A stretch of 64,000 nucleotides of DNA from Candidatus Poriferihabitaceae bacterium (GCA_965249035.1 CBDFKV010000006.1:153609-217608), one strand, 5' to 3'. Shown: positions 37,465-47,633, counted from the first letter of the stretch. Notes: generated by a model not told the origin, from the letters alone. Numbers and translations: made by a program.

Positions 37465-38241
37465 CTACTCCTCGCTGCTATTTTTGGGTAGCTCGGAAAA
37501 CTCTATTCCGGGAAAGTTAGCCAATAATGCAGAGACTGCAGGAAGTGATTTGTCAAGCTGTCTTAAATCGCCCCGTGGCAGTGTTAATTGATTAAACCAG
37601 ACAACTTTCCCCGTCTGTAAATCCACCAGACTGGCAAACCCAAACTGATAATGTGTGACTACTGCGACGCCCGTTAAAGCCGCGGCAAGAAGTGAGACAG
37701 CAACCCGCCCACCTGATGTGTATCCTCGGCGCATGTGAACGAACAACGCATAATCTGCACCACTTAATTCTTGGATTAGCTGGGCACCTGAACCAACTGT
37801 CCAAGTGGGATTTTCCTTCTTTGTAGGCAATTTAAGCGTGTCATTTTGAATGATGCTAATCCCAACCACTTGATTCAACTTCTCAACTTGCCGGTGGCGG
37901 ACGTAATCTAGCTCGTCAGGAATATCCAATAAATTAAACTCTATCCCTGACCCTTGAGTATATTGGCTTAAGGTAGTGAGAAAGTTTTTTTCGCTATTTT
38001 CGGTCCAATCAGCCCGAACTTCTGTGCTACCAGCCAGCACCCGCTCCATCTGAAAGTCCAATTCAAACAGCGCTATCTTGGTAATACCATCAGCACGGCT
38101 TAATTCACTGTCTACAAGGTGATTAAACTCAGCTGCTAACACACTTTTGGAAAAAAACAGATGCACCGTAAACACAAGCACCCAGAGGGTTAAGTAAGCA
38201 GCTCGAATAAACCATGATTTGACACTCCTAAAGGTATTCAT
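37465..38241 (-). CDS. hypothetical exported/membrane-anchored protein
   Basis: 258 aa with an N-terminal hydrophobic segment ending VLA/AE. No family recognised. Its stop lies 2 nt before the M48 gene start. Confidence 0.5.
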   Translation of the reverse strand: MNTFRSVKSWFIRAAYLTLWVLVFTVHLFFSKSVLAAEFNHLVDSELSRADGITKIALFELDFQMERVLAGSTEVRADWTENSEKNFLTTLSQYTQGSGIEFNLLDIPDELDYVRHRQVEKLNQVVGISIIQNDTLKLPTKKENPTWTVGSGAQLIQELSGADYALFVHMRRGYTSGGRVAVSLLAAALTGVAVVTHYQFGFASLVDLQTGKVVWFNQLTLPRGDLRQLDKSLPAVSALLANFPGIEFSELPKNSSEE

Positions 38242-38644
38242 CTTACCTCCTAATTATTATTCGAATCCTGTACCCAACCACATTATAACCAAACTGACGA
38301 ACCCCAGATTGGATTTTTTACGCCCGGCTCAAGCGAGCTTAGAATACGGGGCACCCTGAAAGTCCCTTAGTGTAACCAAATCAAACAGGCAGAAACCTCG
38401 ACAGCTTGACTGCTCGACAGCCAAATTTTGATTGTCTCAGAGAAACTCGGAATGATCACTGAGTCTCCCAACAACGCTTGATGGTAAATTTTGTTTCTTA
38501 AAAATTGAAATCGTGCTAGGAAGTCGGCTATACTGCCGTTAAGTAGCCGAGTAGAAGGATTTGTAGTTAAGGGTACTGCGAGAGCGAAATAGAGGGCAGC
38601 AAGTGCATCGGCTAATCGACAATCAAGGATATTAGGGGGAAAGT

Positions 38645-40156
38645 ATGGCTTGTTCTTTGTGCAAATACGGCGCTGGTATGCGGGCTTCACGTTGGTGGCT
38701 GTGGCTACTTTTGGGTTTGCTCGCGATTTATCTCCTGATGTTATTTTCCAAATGGCGCTCCATCGAAGACGACGTTCAAACGCGAACCAACACGGCACTC
38801 TCTGATGCAGGCTATGCCTGGGCGACTACAAACCAACATGACCGTGGTCGTGACGTCCTTTTGACCGGTTCAGCACCTTCTCCAGAGGCCTTGGACCAAG
38901 CGATAAAAGTTGCTGAGGATGTTAACGGCGTTCGTATTGTCGAGCACCAACTTAGTATCGTGCCATTGGAAAAAGCCAGTTTCGGATTCAGAAACTTGAA
39001 CGACGGTGGGATAGAATTATCTGGCTTATTGCCCAGTAAAGCAGCAGCTGACATCGGATTGAACTCAGCCAAACAAAGCTACGGTGAGATGGTCGTAGAT
39101 AAGCAGCTGCAAATAGGTGAGTCGGTAGAACCCGCCAATTGGATGGATCAAAGCACTCCTCTTATCTCTTTACTCAAAGGCGTGAAAGAGGGGGGTTGGA
39201 GCTTCGATGGAGAACATGCAAAAGTAACTGGCATTGTGCGTAATCAGAGCGACAAAGACCAGCTATTACAGGGCATTCGCGAGCATTTTGATGGCCCATT
39301 TGAAGACACACTCCAAGTAATACCTTATCAAGCGCCGCAGCTAGATATTGTCTCACAAACCAACAACGGCCAAACGGTGATAACCGTACGGGGTCGGGTC
39401 GCCAGTCAGGCCATCTCGGACCAAATACTTCAGGGTGTTGCCGAGCGCGTTGGAGCTGGCAACGTTGTCAATCAGTTAGTCATAGATACGGAAGTCGAAC
39501 CAGTCAGTGAATTTGGTCAGCTAACGTCTGGGTGGCTCGGGCAACTTAAAAACGGTGCTCTAACACTTGCAGATAAGGTAGCTACCTTGCGAGGAGAGTT
39601 TCCAGACCAAGCAACTCAAACCAGTGTGGTTCACCGGTCACAAGAGTTGCTGGCAACGGATGGCTATACACTTGAAGATCTGTCTACGGTACGGCAGTCA
39701 CCTGCACCAGCGCCTACTGTGGTAACCGCTCAGCCGGAAGTGCCTAGCCTGGCACCGTTAACACCCATCCAGCTTGAACAAATTGTGTCCTGTCAGACAC
39801 AAATTGATACCGTGATGCAGGGTAAGAAAATTCTATTTGCCACTGACAGCACCGAGATCAGCTCTGAAAGTTACGAATTGCTGAAGGGTATCGCTGACAT
39901 AGCAAGTAATTGTCAATCCTCGTTGTACGGGCGGATTATTGAAGTAAACGGCCACACGGATAACGTCGGCGATCCAGAGTATAACCGGACGCTCAGCGAG
40001 CAGCGAGCCAGTGCAGTGCGCACCTACCTAGTTGGACTGGGTATCCCAGAACATATCTTACGCGCCATTGGATACGGTGAAACTCAGCCGATTGCAGACA
40101 ACGACAGTGAAAACGGACGGGCCATAAACCGCCGCATTCAATTTAACATTCGATAA
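38645..40156 (+). CDS. OmpA-family peptidoglycan-binding protein with N-terminal anchor and BON-like repeats
   Basis: 503 aa with the C-terminal OmpA_C motif NGHTDNVGDPEYNRTLSEQRASAVRTYL...GYGETQPIADNDSENGRAINRRIQF. Strong RBS (ggggga) upstream of the ATG. Confidence 0.8.
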   Translation: MACSLCKYGAGMRASRWWLWLLLGLLAIYLLMLFSKWRSIEDDVQTRTNTALSDAGYAWATTNQHDRGRDVLLTGSAPSPEALDQAIKVAEDVNGVRIVEHQLSIVPLEKASFGFRNLNDGGIELSGLLPSKAAADIGLNSAKQSYGEMVVDKQLQIGESVEPANWMDQSTPLISLLKGVKEGGWSFDGEHAKVTGIVRNQSDKDQLLQGIREHFDGPFEDTLQVIPYQAPQLDIVSQTNNGQTVITVRGRVASQAISDQILQGVAERVGAGNVVNQLVIDTEVEPVSEFGQLTSGWLGQLKNGALTLADKVATLRGEFPDQATQTSVVHRSQELLATDGYTLEDLSTVRQSPAPAPTVVTAQPEVPSLAPLTPIQLEQIVSCQTQIDTVMQGKKILFATDSTEISSESYELLKGIADIASNCQSSLYGRIIEVNGHTDNVGDPEYNRTLSEQRASAVRTYLVGLGIPEHILRAIGYGETQPIADNDSENGRAINRRIQFNIR

Positions 40157-40173
40157 AAAGGAGACCATCTATC

Positions 40174-40779
40174 ATGACCTATTTATTTATGCAGACACTA
40201 TTTTGGATCGCATTGGCTTTCCTATTGGGGCTGTTACTCGGCTGGCTGTTATGCAGCAGATGCTGTCGGAAAACAGGGGTGGATGAAACCTTGGCTGCTA
40301 CCGGTAGTATGGGTGCTGGCATAGCTGCTGCGGATACCGATACCGATACAGAGACCGAATTTGAGGCGGCGATCGACAGAGGATCATTAGCTGATTCAGA
40401 GTCATTTGATTCAGGGGCAATAGCTGATTCAGAGTCATTTGATTCAGGGGCAATAGCTGATTCAGAGTTAATTACCGATAGCATGCAGCCGCAGGGGATT
40501 AATGCCCCTGAGGGTGAAGCGGATGATTTAAAACGTATTTCCGGTGTTGGCCCGGTAATTGAGAGGACGTTAAATGAACTAGGTATTTGGCACTTTTATC
40601 AAATTGCTGATTTCAGTGCTGACAACATTCGCTGGGTTGATAGATACATAGACTTCCCAGGGCGAATCGATAGAGAAGATTGGGTTAACCAAGCTTATCG
40701 TTTAGCTGAGGGCAAAAGAACAGAGTTTGCAAAACGCTATGATCGTGGTGAAGTCGGCGACGATAATCCAAACAGCTAA
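40174..40779 (+). CDS. membrane-anchored acidic repeat protein with C-terminal helix-hairpin-helix (H3TH/COG3743-like) domain
   Basis: 201 aa with an N-terminal TM segment, a DTDTDTETE tract, ADSESFDSGAI repeats and a C-terminal DDLKRISGVGPVIERTLNELGIWHFYQIADF... Confidence 0.6.
   Translation: MTYLFMQTLFWIALAFLLGLLLGWLLCSRCCRKTGVDETLAATGSMGAGIAAADTDTDTETEFEAAIDRGSLADSESFDSGAIADSESFDSGAIADSELITDSMQPQGINAPEGEADDLKRISGVGPVIERTLNELGIWHFYQIADFSADNIRWVDRYIDFPGRIDREDWVNQAYRLAEGKRTEFAKRYDRGEVGDDNPNS
40388..40472 (+). repeat. 33-bp tandem repeat, about 2.6 copies, inside a CDS
   Basis: tagctgattcagagtcatttgattcaggggcaa occurs twice exactly (40388-40420 and 40421-40453), followed by a partial third copy. 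It encodes the ADSESFDSGAI units. Confidence 0.85.
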
Positions 40780-40802
40780 ATTCGAGAGTTGATTAGGATA
40801 AG

Positions 40803-40836
40803 AGCCGCTGTTTGATTGTCAGGCAGCGGCTTTTCT
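40803..40836 (+). terminator. rho-independent terminator
   Basis: Stem agccgctg / cagcggct with a 13-nt loop, followed by tttt, 24 nt after the stop of 40174-40779. Confidence 0.6.
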
Positions 40837-41395
40837 GATCATTTCTCTCGCATAAAGCGCCATTTATCAGCATCAACGTAATGAGAAACTAATGCGCGAC
40901 CGCATTTAGTCGCGCCTTCGGAAACCGGATAAGGCCCATAAGTGTTGGCGCATGTGCTACTTCTGCTTGCATCTTTAGCATCAATTCAACGTATCCTGGC
41001 TCTGAGGACGATCTCTGAGCACACTGCCTAATCCTGCCGCCGGATAATCCGGTTAGCTTAACCCAGCAAACATACGGTTCGACAACCACGTTACAACCTA
41101 CTCGTCCAGCCTCAGCAGGTCATTACGCGTGGCAACAACTGACTTTCCCCTGATAATCTCATCATTTCTCGATCAACTAGTGTGAACAATTGACTTAATG
41201 CTAGCATTCAGGCGAAACAACACATTCAATCAGTCACATAATTCTCAACTAACTTAGAATGCCGACTGTAGCCTAACTGGAGAATCAGCTCATGCTTGAG
41301 TTTTATCGCTTTGTGATAAGCCGTATAGTTGATCTGACCTCTAGCCGCGCGTAAAAACACACTCACCAATTGCCTCACCACTTGAGATAAACACA

Positions 41396-42424
41396 ATGAA
41401 CCGAATTGTCGTCGTTGGCGCAGGGGCAATGGGCACGATAATTGGTGCTTTATTGTCGCGTGCTGATTACGACGTCGAGTTATTGGATACTTATGTAGCG
41501 CATGTCGATGCATTAAATACAGACGGCGCGCAAATCGTCGGTGAGCTAGAAGAGACCATTGCCGTCAAAGCAATTACCTCGATACAATTATCCGGCCGCT
41601 ATGATTTGGTGATTTCTACCACCAAACAAACCACGCTACAGCAATCGCTACAGCAGATAATGCCCTATCTACACCGAAAAAGCATTGTGCTGACTTTACA
41701 AAACGGCATACCGGAAGACATCGCAGCGCAAGTCGTAGGCGCATCCAGAGTCATCGGTGGCGGCATGGAGTTTAGTGCCACTTTTGTGGCTCCGGGCATT
41801 ACTCGTTTAGCGTCATCGCCTGAAATTATGGGATTCACCATTGGCGACCCTCGGGGCGAAATCACTGAGCAGTTAATACTAGTGCAAGCCCTGCTGGCGT
41901 CGATTGGGTATTGCCACACCACCACCAATCTGCGCGCTGCCAGATACACCAAGTTAACCGATAACTGTGTCTGTAGTGGCATTGCTACCGCGCTGGGTTG
42001 CCAGCTTGGCAAGGTGTTAGACAACGACAAAGCCATGCAATGCATCGCTGAATTGGGACGAGAATGTTCACGAGTGATGCAAGCGCTTAAGATTGATGCA
42101 GCGACCTTGTTCGGCTTTACGCCTTCGCCCAGAAATATCGACTTCAACAATAATACTGAACGACAAAAAGTAATCGCCTACTGGCGGCACGGTTACGCGC
42201 CTTATCGCCAACAAACAGCTAGCATGTTACAAGACATTCAAAACGGCCGTGCCTGTGAGGTTGACTATATCAACGGCAAGATGCTGGCAGACGCAAGCCA
42301 GTTGGACATACCAATGCCCTATAATCAACGCGTTATTCAGTCTATTAAAGCACTCGAGGCGGGTACGACCTCGCTTGAGCGGGCTTGGGAAAATCTTGAC
42401 TATATTTATGGGGGGCCGAGCTGA
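41396..42424 (+). CDS. 2-dehydropantoate 2-reductase family oxidoreductase (PanE/ApbA-like)
   Basis: 342 aa with an N-terminal IVVVGAGAMGTIIGALL Rossmann motif and the size/layout of the ketopantoate reductase family. Confidence 0.7.
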   Translation: MNRIVVVGAGAMGTIIGALLSRADYDVELLDTYVAHVDALNTDGAQIVGELEETIAVKAITSIQLSGRYDLVISTTKQTTLQQSLQQIMPYLHRKSIVLTLQNGIPEDIAAQVVGASRVIGGGMEFSATFVAPGITRLASSPEIMGFTIGDPRGEITEQLILVQALLASIGYCHTTTNLRAARYTKLTDNCVCSGIATALGCQLGKVLDNDKAMQCIAELGRECSRVMQALKIDAATLFGFTPSPRNIDFNNNTERQKVIAYWRHGYAPYRQQTASMLQDIQNGRACEVDYINGKMLADASQLDIPMPYNQRVIQSIKALEAGTTSLERAWENLDYIYGGPS

Positions 42425-42505
42425 ACGACCGGCAAGACCAACAGGTACCGCCACTTATTATTATCAAATAAAGTCGTGACACAAAGTTACCCTCGTTGTT
42501 AACGT

Positions 42506-43513
42506 ATGCCGACTAAAACAAAACACTACACTATGAAAGCAGCATTCTATAAGTCATTTGGCGCCGCCGCCGAGGTACTCGAATTTGGCGATATCAAACT
42601 GGGCAAGCCGCACGCGGATGAAGTCCAACTACAACTATATAGTTCGGGAATTAACCCCTCTGACGTAAAAAAAAGAATGGGTCAACGCGGTGAATTTACC
42701 GATGAATTTGTGGTTCCTCATAGTGACGGCGCTGGCATCATCACTGCGGTAGGCTCGAATGTTGATCCTGATCGAATCGGTGAACGAGTGTGGGTACACA
42801 GCGCCCAGCATGAACGACATTGGGGTACCGCTGCTACCGCAGCTAATCTACCCGCGCAGTTAGCCAGTCGATTACCCGATGCTTGCAGCTTTGCTGAAGG
42901 TGCCTGCATTGGCATTCCGATGATGACCGCACATCGCTGTTTGACTATTGGCAATGATATTGCCGGAAAAAATGTACTCGTAACTGGCGCACAGGGCCGC
43001 GTCGGCTACTACGCGATACAAATAGCCAAGCACTATGGTGCCCATGTAATAGCTACCGTTGGCGCGAAATCAGGCCAAGAAGCCGCCCGAGCTATTGGTG
43101 CTGACTATGTTGTTAGCCATCGAGATGACGCCTTTCCAGAGCAAATCATGGAACACCTTGGCGGCGCACATTTACACCACGTGGTCGATGTGGAATTTGG
43201 CATTAACCTCACCAAATACCTGCCAGCACTCAGCGATCATGCCATTGTTTCGTCTTATGCTTCCGGGGTAAGTCCTACCCCTGAACTGCCCTTTTACCCA
43301 CTGATGTTTAAGAATGTATCCATCCATCCGGTATTGGTCTATTCGATGCCAGAACAGGCGATTGCACGTGCCATCGAGGATATTAATCAGATGCTTGAGC
43401 AGAAAGTTATCCGTTTTCAGCAAATAACGGAATTCACACTTGAAGACATCGTCAAAGCCCATGAATCCATTGAGCGAGGCGGCCGCGGACATACCGTGTT
43501 GAACATCGTCTAG
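42506..43513 (+). CDS. zinc-independent MDR-family NADPH:quinone oxidoreductase-like protein
   Basis: 335 aa with GINPSDV and VLVTGAQGRVGYYAIQIAK motifs. The start is uncertain: ATG 42506, or the in-frame ATG 9 codons downstream (MKAAFYK...). Confidence 0.7.
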   Translation: MPTKTKHYTMKAAFYKSFGAAAEVLEFGDIKLGKPHADEVQLQLYSSGINPSDVKKRMGQRGEFTDEFVVPHSDGAGIITAVGSNVDPDRIGERVWVHSAQHERHWGTAATAANLPAQLASRLPDACSFAEGACIGIPMMTAHRCLTIGNDIAGKNVLVTGAQGRVGYYAIQIAKHYGAHVIATVGAKSGQEAARAIGADYVVSHRDDAFPEQIMEHLGGAHLHHVVDVEFGINLTKYLPALSDHAIVSSYASGVSPTPELPFYPLMFKNVSIHPVLVYSMPEQAIARAIEDINQMLEQKVIRFQQITEFTLEDIVKAHESIERGGRGHTVLNIV

Positions 43514-43535
43514 CCTCTAGATAACACTTATCGTC

Positions 43536-44321
43536 CTACCGTCCCTTCCAAACTGGATCGCGTTTTTCTGCAAAGGCTTTAAAGCCTTCTAAGCCATCTT
43601 CGCTGCCGTACAAGCAATCTACGGTCGCGAATTGGCGTTTTGTCACCGCGTTCATGGCCGTTTGGAATTTCATCCCTTCTGCTTCACGCGCCACTTCCTT
43701 AATCGCTGCAAACACCAAAGGCGGGCCAGAGGCGAGTTGTTTTGCAACGTCCCAAACACGGTTCATTAAGGCGTCGCCATCAGCCAATACTTCATTCACT
43801 AAGCCCCATCGATGCGCCTCTTCTACGTCCATCCAGCGCCCGGTATACAGCAGATCCATCGCCACGTGGTAAGGAATGCGCTTAGGCAGTTTGAGGGTCG
43901 CCGCATCTGCCAGCGTGCCCGCGTAAATTTCGGGTAAGGCAAAACTGGATGTCGAACTGGCATAGATCAAGTCTGCAGACAGCGCCAACTCAAAACCACC
44001 ACCAACCGCCATTCCGTGCACCGCACAGATCACGGGTTTATTTAAATCTCTTAACTCTTGTAAGCCTGCAAACCCACCCACACCATAATCACCATCCACT
44101 GCATCCCCACCTGCTGCGGCCTTTAAATCCCAGCCAGCAGAAAAAAAACGATCCCCGGCACTATTGACTATCGCGACCCGCAGCGTGGGGTCATCCCGAA
44201 AATCTCGGAACACTTCGCCCAGCGCACGGCTAGTGATCAAATCAATGGCATTGGCTTTAGGGCGATCCAAAGTCACTTGTAGTATTGCGCCTTTGCGGCT
44301 CAGTTTGATGGCATCAGACAT
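43536..44321 (-). CDS. caiD: carnitinyl-CoA dehydratase / crotonobetainyl-CoA hydratase (crotonase family)
   Basis: 261 aa, colinear with my recollection of E. coli CaiD across the whole length (LDRPKANAID, FFSAGWDLKAAA, GGGFELALSAD, C-terminal AFAEKRDPVWKGR). Confidence 0.85.
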   Translation of the reverse strand: MSDAIKLSRKGAILQVTLDRPKANAIDLITSRALGEVFRDFRDDPTLRVAIVNSAGDRFFSAGWDLKAAAGGDAVDGDYGVGGFAGLQELRDLNKPVICAVHGMAVGGGFELALSADLIYASSTSSFALPEIYAGTLADAATLKLPKRIPYHVAMDLLYTGRWMDVEEAHRWGLVNEVLADGDALMNRVWDVAKQLASGPPLVFAAIKEVAREAEGMKFQTAMNAVTKRQFATVDCLYGSEDGLEGFKAFAEKRDPVWKGR

Positions 44322-44324
44322 GGT

Positions 44325-46442
44325 TCAGTTTATCTCCGAGTTGAATAAGGCTAAGGCGTCAACAGCAACAGCACCAGAACCCTTAGTGCAAACCAATAGC
44401 GGGTTAATATCGAGTTCGAGCAAAGTATCGTGGTGTTTTAATGCAAAGCGTTGTGCGCCTAGTACGGCATCAATAACTGCCTCAAGATCCCATGCCGCCT
44501 GGCCACGATACGAGTCGAACAAGGGCGCAATTTTTAAGGATAATAAGGCAGCACGTATAGCAGGCTCATCCGCTGGCAATAGCAGAGTAACACTTTCTTT
44601 AAGCAATTCAACCAGCGTCCCACCCATGCCCAGGGTTAAACAAAATCCATACTGAGGGTCACGTGTGATCCCAATAATAAGTTCTCCCACGGCGTTAGTA
44701 ATCATGCTTTCGAGCAGGATATTATCTGAAATCAGGAATAGCTCATCAACCGCTTTCAGTAAACTGGCCTCAGAGTCGATCCCCAGCTTAACTGCTCCCT
44801 GCTCTGTTTTGTGTGCAATTCCAAGTGCCTTGGCGACCAAGGGGAAAGTATTATTCTTTATAAAATCAATAGCCTGATTTCGTTTATTAATGTGTTTTCC
44901 AGTGGGAATGCTGACCCCGCAGGCACTCAGCGCCAGCTTGGCGCGGTCTTCGTCCATCATCCAAGGCGTTTCTGTCGATGCTTCTGTCGGCGCTGACGGC
45001 ATGCTTAGTAAAGCCGCCGGTAAACCATTAGTATCCCACTGCTGCCAGCAAGCGCCGACCTTAGCGGAGGCTTCAGCAGCGAGTAAGATTTCGGCAAACC
45101 CACCAAAACAAAGCAGACCATTGTCCCTATAGTGGTCGTATAGCTTTTGTTCCGGCACAGTTTCGCTCAAGGAAGCCACCATCACTGTATTAATCGTCTT
45201 GCCCAAGCGTTGACTAACCGCTTCTCTGGCATCAATAAAAGCCTCAGCGGTTATTCGCCAACCATGGTCACCCAAAGGGGGTATCGGGAAATCCTGAATT
45301 AGGATATTGAGATCAAAATCACTCATTAACATACCGGTAAAAGCCTTGCTGGTCTGTGCCTTATCAGCCCAGATATAGGTATGAAAATCCAGTGGATTTG
45401 CCACCGTTACCAGCGGCCCAAGCGCGGCTTCCGTTTCCTTTTGGGCCGCCGGTGACAATGGCGGAAATTCGATCTGTTTGGCAACCGCGAGATCCGCAAT
45501 CAGGCTGGCTTCGCCACCCGAGCACACCATCGCCGAAAGACGGGAGCCCGGCAGCGCACCAAAGGTATGTAGCAATTTAAGCGTATCCAACAATGTCGGC
45601 AAGCTAGTGACTTCAGCCATCCCCAGACGATTAATAAATGCCTGTGATGCCGCATGTGAGCCGGCCAGTGAAGCGGTGTGCGACAATGTCCCTTGTTGCG
45701 CTTGCTTACTTTTGCCGACTTTCAATAGGGCGATGGGCTTGCCGAGGTGAAAGGCCTTATGGGCCAACTGCTCGAACCCTGTGATGGAATCAAAACCTTC
45801 AACGTGCATGCCCAGGCAAGTGACCCTAGGGTCCTCCAGCAACTCGAGGCCGAGTTGTGCTAAACCTACTTTAGCTTGGTTACCCACCGTCATCAAATAC
45901 CCGATCGGCAAGCCGCGGCGCTGCATGCTGATATTAATCGCAATATTGGACGACTGAGTAATAATGGCAACGCCTTTGGTGCCCTGCTCTAGAACCCCTC
46001 CACCGTGTTGATCTGGCCATAGTAAGGCAGCATCAAAGTAATTGATAAAACCGTAACAATTTGGCCCCAGTATCGGCATATCTCCGCTGGCTTGGACTAA
46101 GGCGGTTTGGAGTTCTTTGCCGTAGCTGTCGTCATCAGTGAGGGTTTCGGCGAACCCCGACGAAAAACACACCGCCCCACCCGCTCCCCGCCGGGCAAGC
46201 TCGCTAACAATCTCGACTGTGATTTTTCGATTAACGCCGATAAAAGCCGCATCGGGGGGTGCAGGTAAAGCGGCAACTGACGGATATACTTGCAAGCCTT
46301 CGATGGTTTTAAGCTGCGGATGTACTGGCCATAAATCACCGTCAAAACCCATTTTTCGACACTGCCGAATAGCTTCGGCAGCCCACCCACCGCCGAAAAC
46401 TGCGATACTTTCCGGGCTGATCAAGCGCCGCAATTTGTTCAT
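44325..46442 (-). CDS. NDP-forming acyl-CoA synthetase (CoA-binding + succinyl-CoA-ligase-like + ATP-grasp domains)
   Basis: Start moved to ATG 46442 (MNKLRRLISPESIAVFGGG...), 16 nt after the upstream stop. 705 aa with the layout of acetate-CoA ligase (ADP-forming) family proteins. Confidence 0.8.
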   Translation of the reverse strand: MNKLRRLISPESIAVFGGGWAAEAIRQCRKMGFDGDLWPVHPQLKTIEGLQVYPSVAALPAPPDAAFIGVNRKITVEIVSELARRGAGGAVCFSSGFAETLTDDDSYGKELQTALVQASGDMPILGPNCYGFINYFDAALLWPDQHGGGVLEQGTKGVAIITQSSNIAINISMQRRGLPIGYLMTVGNQAKVGLAQLGLELLEDPRVTCLGMHVEGFDSITGFEQLAHKAFHLGKPIALLKVGKSKQAQQGTLSHTASLAGSHAASQAFINRLGMAEVTSLPTLLDTLKLLHTFGALPGSRLSAMVCSGGEASLIADLAVAKQIEFPPLSPAAQKETEAALGPLVTVANPLDFHTYIWADKAQTSKAFTGMLMSDFDLNILIQDFPIPPLGDHGWRITAEAFIDAREAVSQRLGKTINTVMVASLSETVPEQKLYDHYRDNGLLCFGGFAEILLAAEASAKVGACWQQWDTNGLPAALLSMPSAPTEASTETPWMMDEDRAKLALSACGVSIPTGKHINKRNQAIDFIKNNTFPLVAKALGIAHKTEQGAVKLGIDSEASLLKAVDELFLISDNILLESMITNAVGELIIGITRDPQYGFCLTLGMGGTLVELLKESVTLLLPADEPAIRAALLSLKIAPLFDSYRGQAAWDLEAVIDAVLGAQRFALKHHDTLLELDINPLLVCTKGSGAVAVDALALFNSEIN

Positions 46443-46458
46443 AGTCCTGCCTGTTTCA

Positions 46459-47619
46459 TCAGCTACCCAGAGGGCGCAACAACTCACGAGAAATGATATG
46501 CCGTTGAATTTCTGAGGTGCCATCCCAAATGCGCTCAACCCGCGCATCTCGCCAAAAACGCGCCAGCGGCAAATCACTCATCAAACCCATACCACCAAAA
46601 ATCTGAATGGCTTCGTCGGTTACTTTGGCCAACATCTCGGTCGCATACACCTTTGCCGAGGAAATTTCTCGGTTAGCTGGCAAGCCCTGATCAAGTCGCC
46701 AGGCAGCAGATAAGGTTAACCAATCAGCCGCATCGACTTCGGTAATCATGTCTGCCAATTTGAAGGAAACACCCTGGAACCGGCCAATGGCTTGACCAAA
46801 CTGCTGGCGCTCTGCTGCATGCGACAAAGCGAGAGCAAATGCGCGTCGCGCCCGCCCAACAGCAGATGCTGCTACGGTCAACCGGGTTGCATACAGCCAA
46901 TCGTTGGCGATGTCGAAGCCGTGATGCACTTCACCTAGTATTTGTGCGTCAGAAACACGGCAATCATCAAAATCAAGAATGCAATTGTTATAGCCCCGAT
47001 GGCTTACCGACTCGTAGCCCGGGCGAATCTTAAATCCGGGCGTATCGCGATCAACCAAAAAGCAGGTGATCAGTTTTTTCGTGCCTCGCGACGTTTGTTC
47101 TTCTCCGGTGGCAACCCACACAATTACAAAATCGGCGATATCCGCGTGGCTGATGAAGTGTTTGCTACCGTTGATTAACCAGTCACCACCATCACGCCGG
47201 GCATTACAGCGCATGCCCCGCACATCAGAGCCCGCCCCCGGCTCGGTCATCGCAATGGCATCCAATTTTTCACCCTTCACCGCTGGGGTGAGATAGCGTT
47301 CTTTTTGGTCTTCATTGCACGCCAACAAAATCCCGGAAGGTCGTCCAAAATAGACGCTTAGCCCCATCGACGCACGGCCCAATTCGCGTTCAAGCAGGGT
47401 GAAATCAAGATGCCCCAATCCTCCTCCACCCACTGATTCGGGCAGGTTGGCTGCGTAAAAGCCAAGATTAATCACCTTTTGTTTAATCTCATCACCCAAC
47501 TCAGGAGGCACCACGCCGCTACGTTCAATCTCATCTTCGTGCGGGTACATTTCTTTTTCTACGAAACTGCGGACGGTATCCACAATCATCTGTTGTTCTT
47601 CACTTAAGCCAAAATGCAT
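46459..47619 (-). CDS. acyl-CoA dehydrogenase
   Basis: 386 aa with an ACAD N-terminus (LSEEQQMIVDTVRSFVEKEM) and C-terminal ...QIFGGMGLMSDLPLARFWRDARVERIWDGTSEIQRHIISRELL. Confidence 0.85.
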   Translation of the reverse strand: MHFGLSEEQQMIVDTVRSFVEKEMYPHEDEIERSGVVPPELGDEIKQKVINLGFYAANLPESVGGGGLGHLDFTLLERELGRASMGLSVYFGRPSGILLACNEDQKERYLTPAVKGEKLDAIAMTEPGAGSDVRGMRCNARRDGGDWLINGSKHFISHADIADFVIVWVATGEEQTSRGTKKLITCFLVDRDTPGFKIRPGYESVSHRGYNNCILDFDDCRVSDAQILGEVHHGFDIANDWLYATRLTVAASAVGRARRAFALALSHAAERQQFGQAIGRFQGVSFKLADMITEVDAADWLTLSAAWRLDQGLPANREISSAKVYATEMLAKVTDEAIQIFGGMGLMSDLPLARFWRDARVERIWDGTSEIQRHIISRELLRPLGS

Positions 47620-47633
47620 GAGAGTTTCCTGTG

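Noticed and set aside
38367-38798. 143-aa minus-strand ORF in the gap before the OmpA/BON gene
   Set aside because: It overlaps the well-supported start of 38645-40156, has no RBS or recognisable domain, and its composition looks non-coding. The 400-bp region is better treated as a long divergent regulatory region; I could not recognise a riboswitch in it.
40388-40472. Exact 33-bp direct repeats, considered as a possible CRISPR-like array
   Set aside because: The repeats are contiguous with no spacers, in frame, and encode an 11-aa peptide repeat inside a CDS. No cas genes are nearby.
40840-41395. About 550-bp gene-poor stretch with short ORFs 40889-41089 (-) and 41226-41513 (-)
   Set aside because: The ORFs are short and Arg/Cys/His-rich, and one overlaps the panE-like start. 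I saw no motif, repeat or RNA structure I can name. It may be decayed sequence or an unrecognised ncRNA, but I have no positive evidence.
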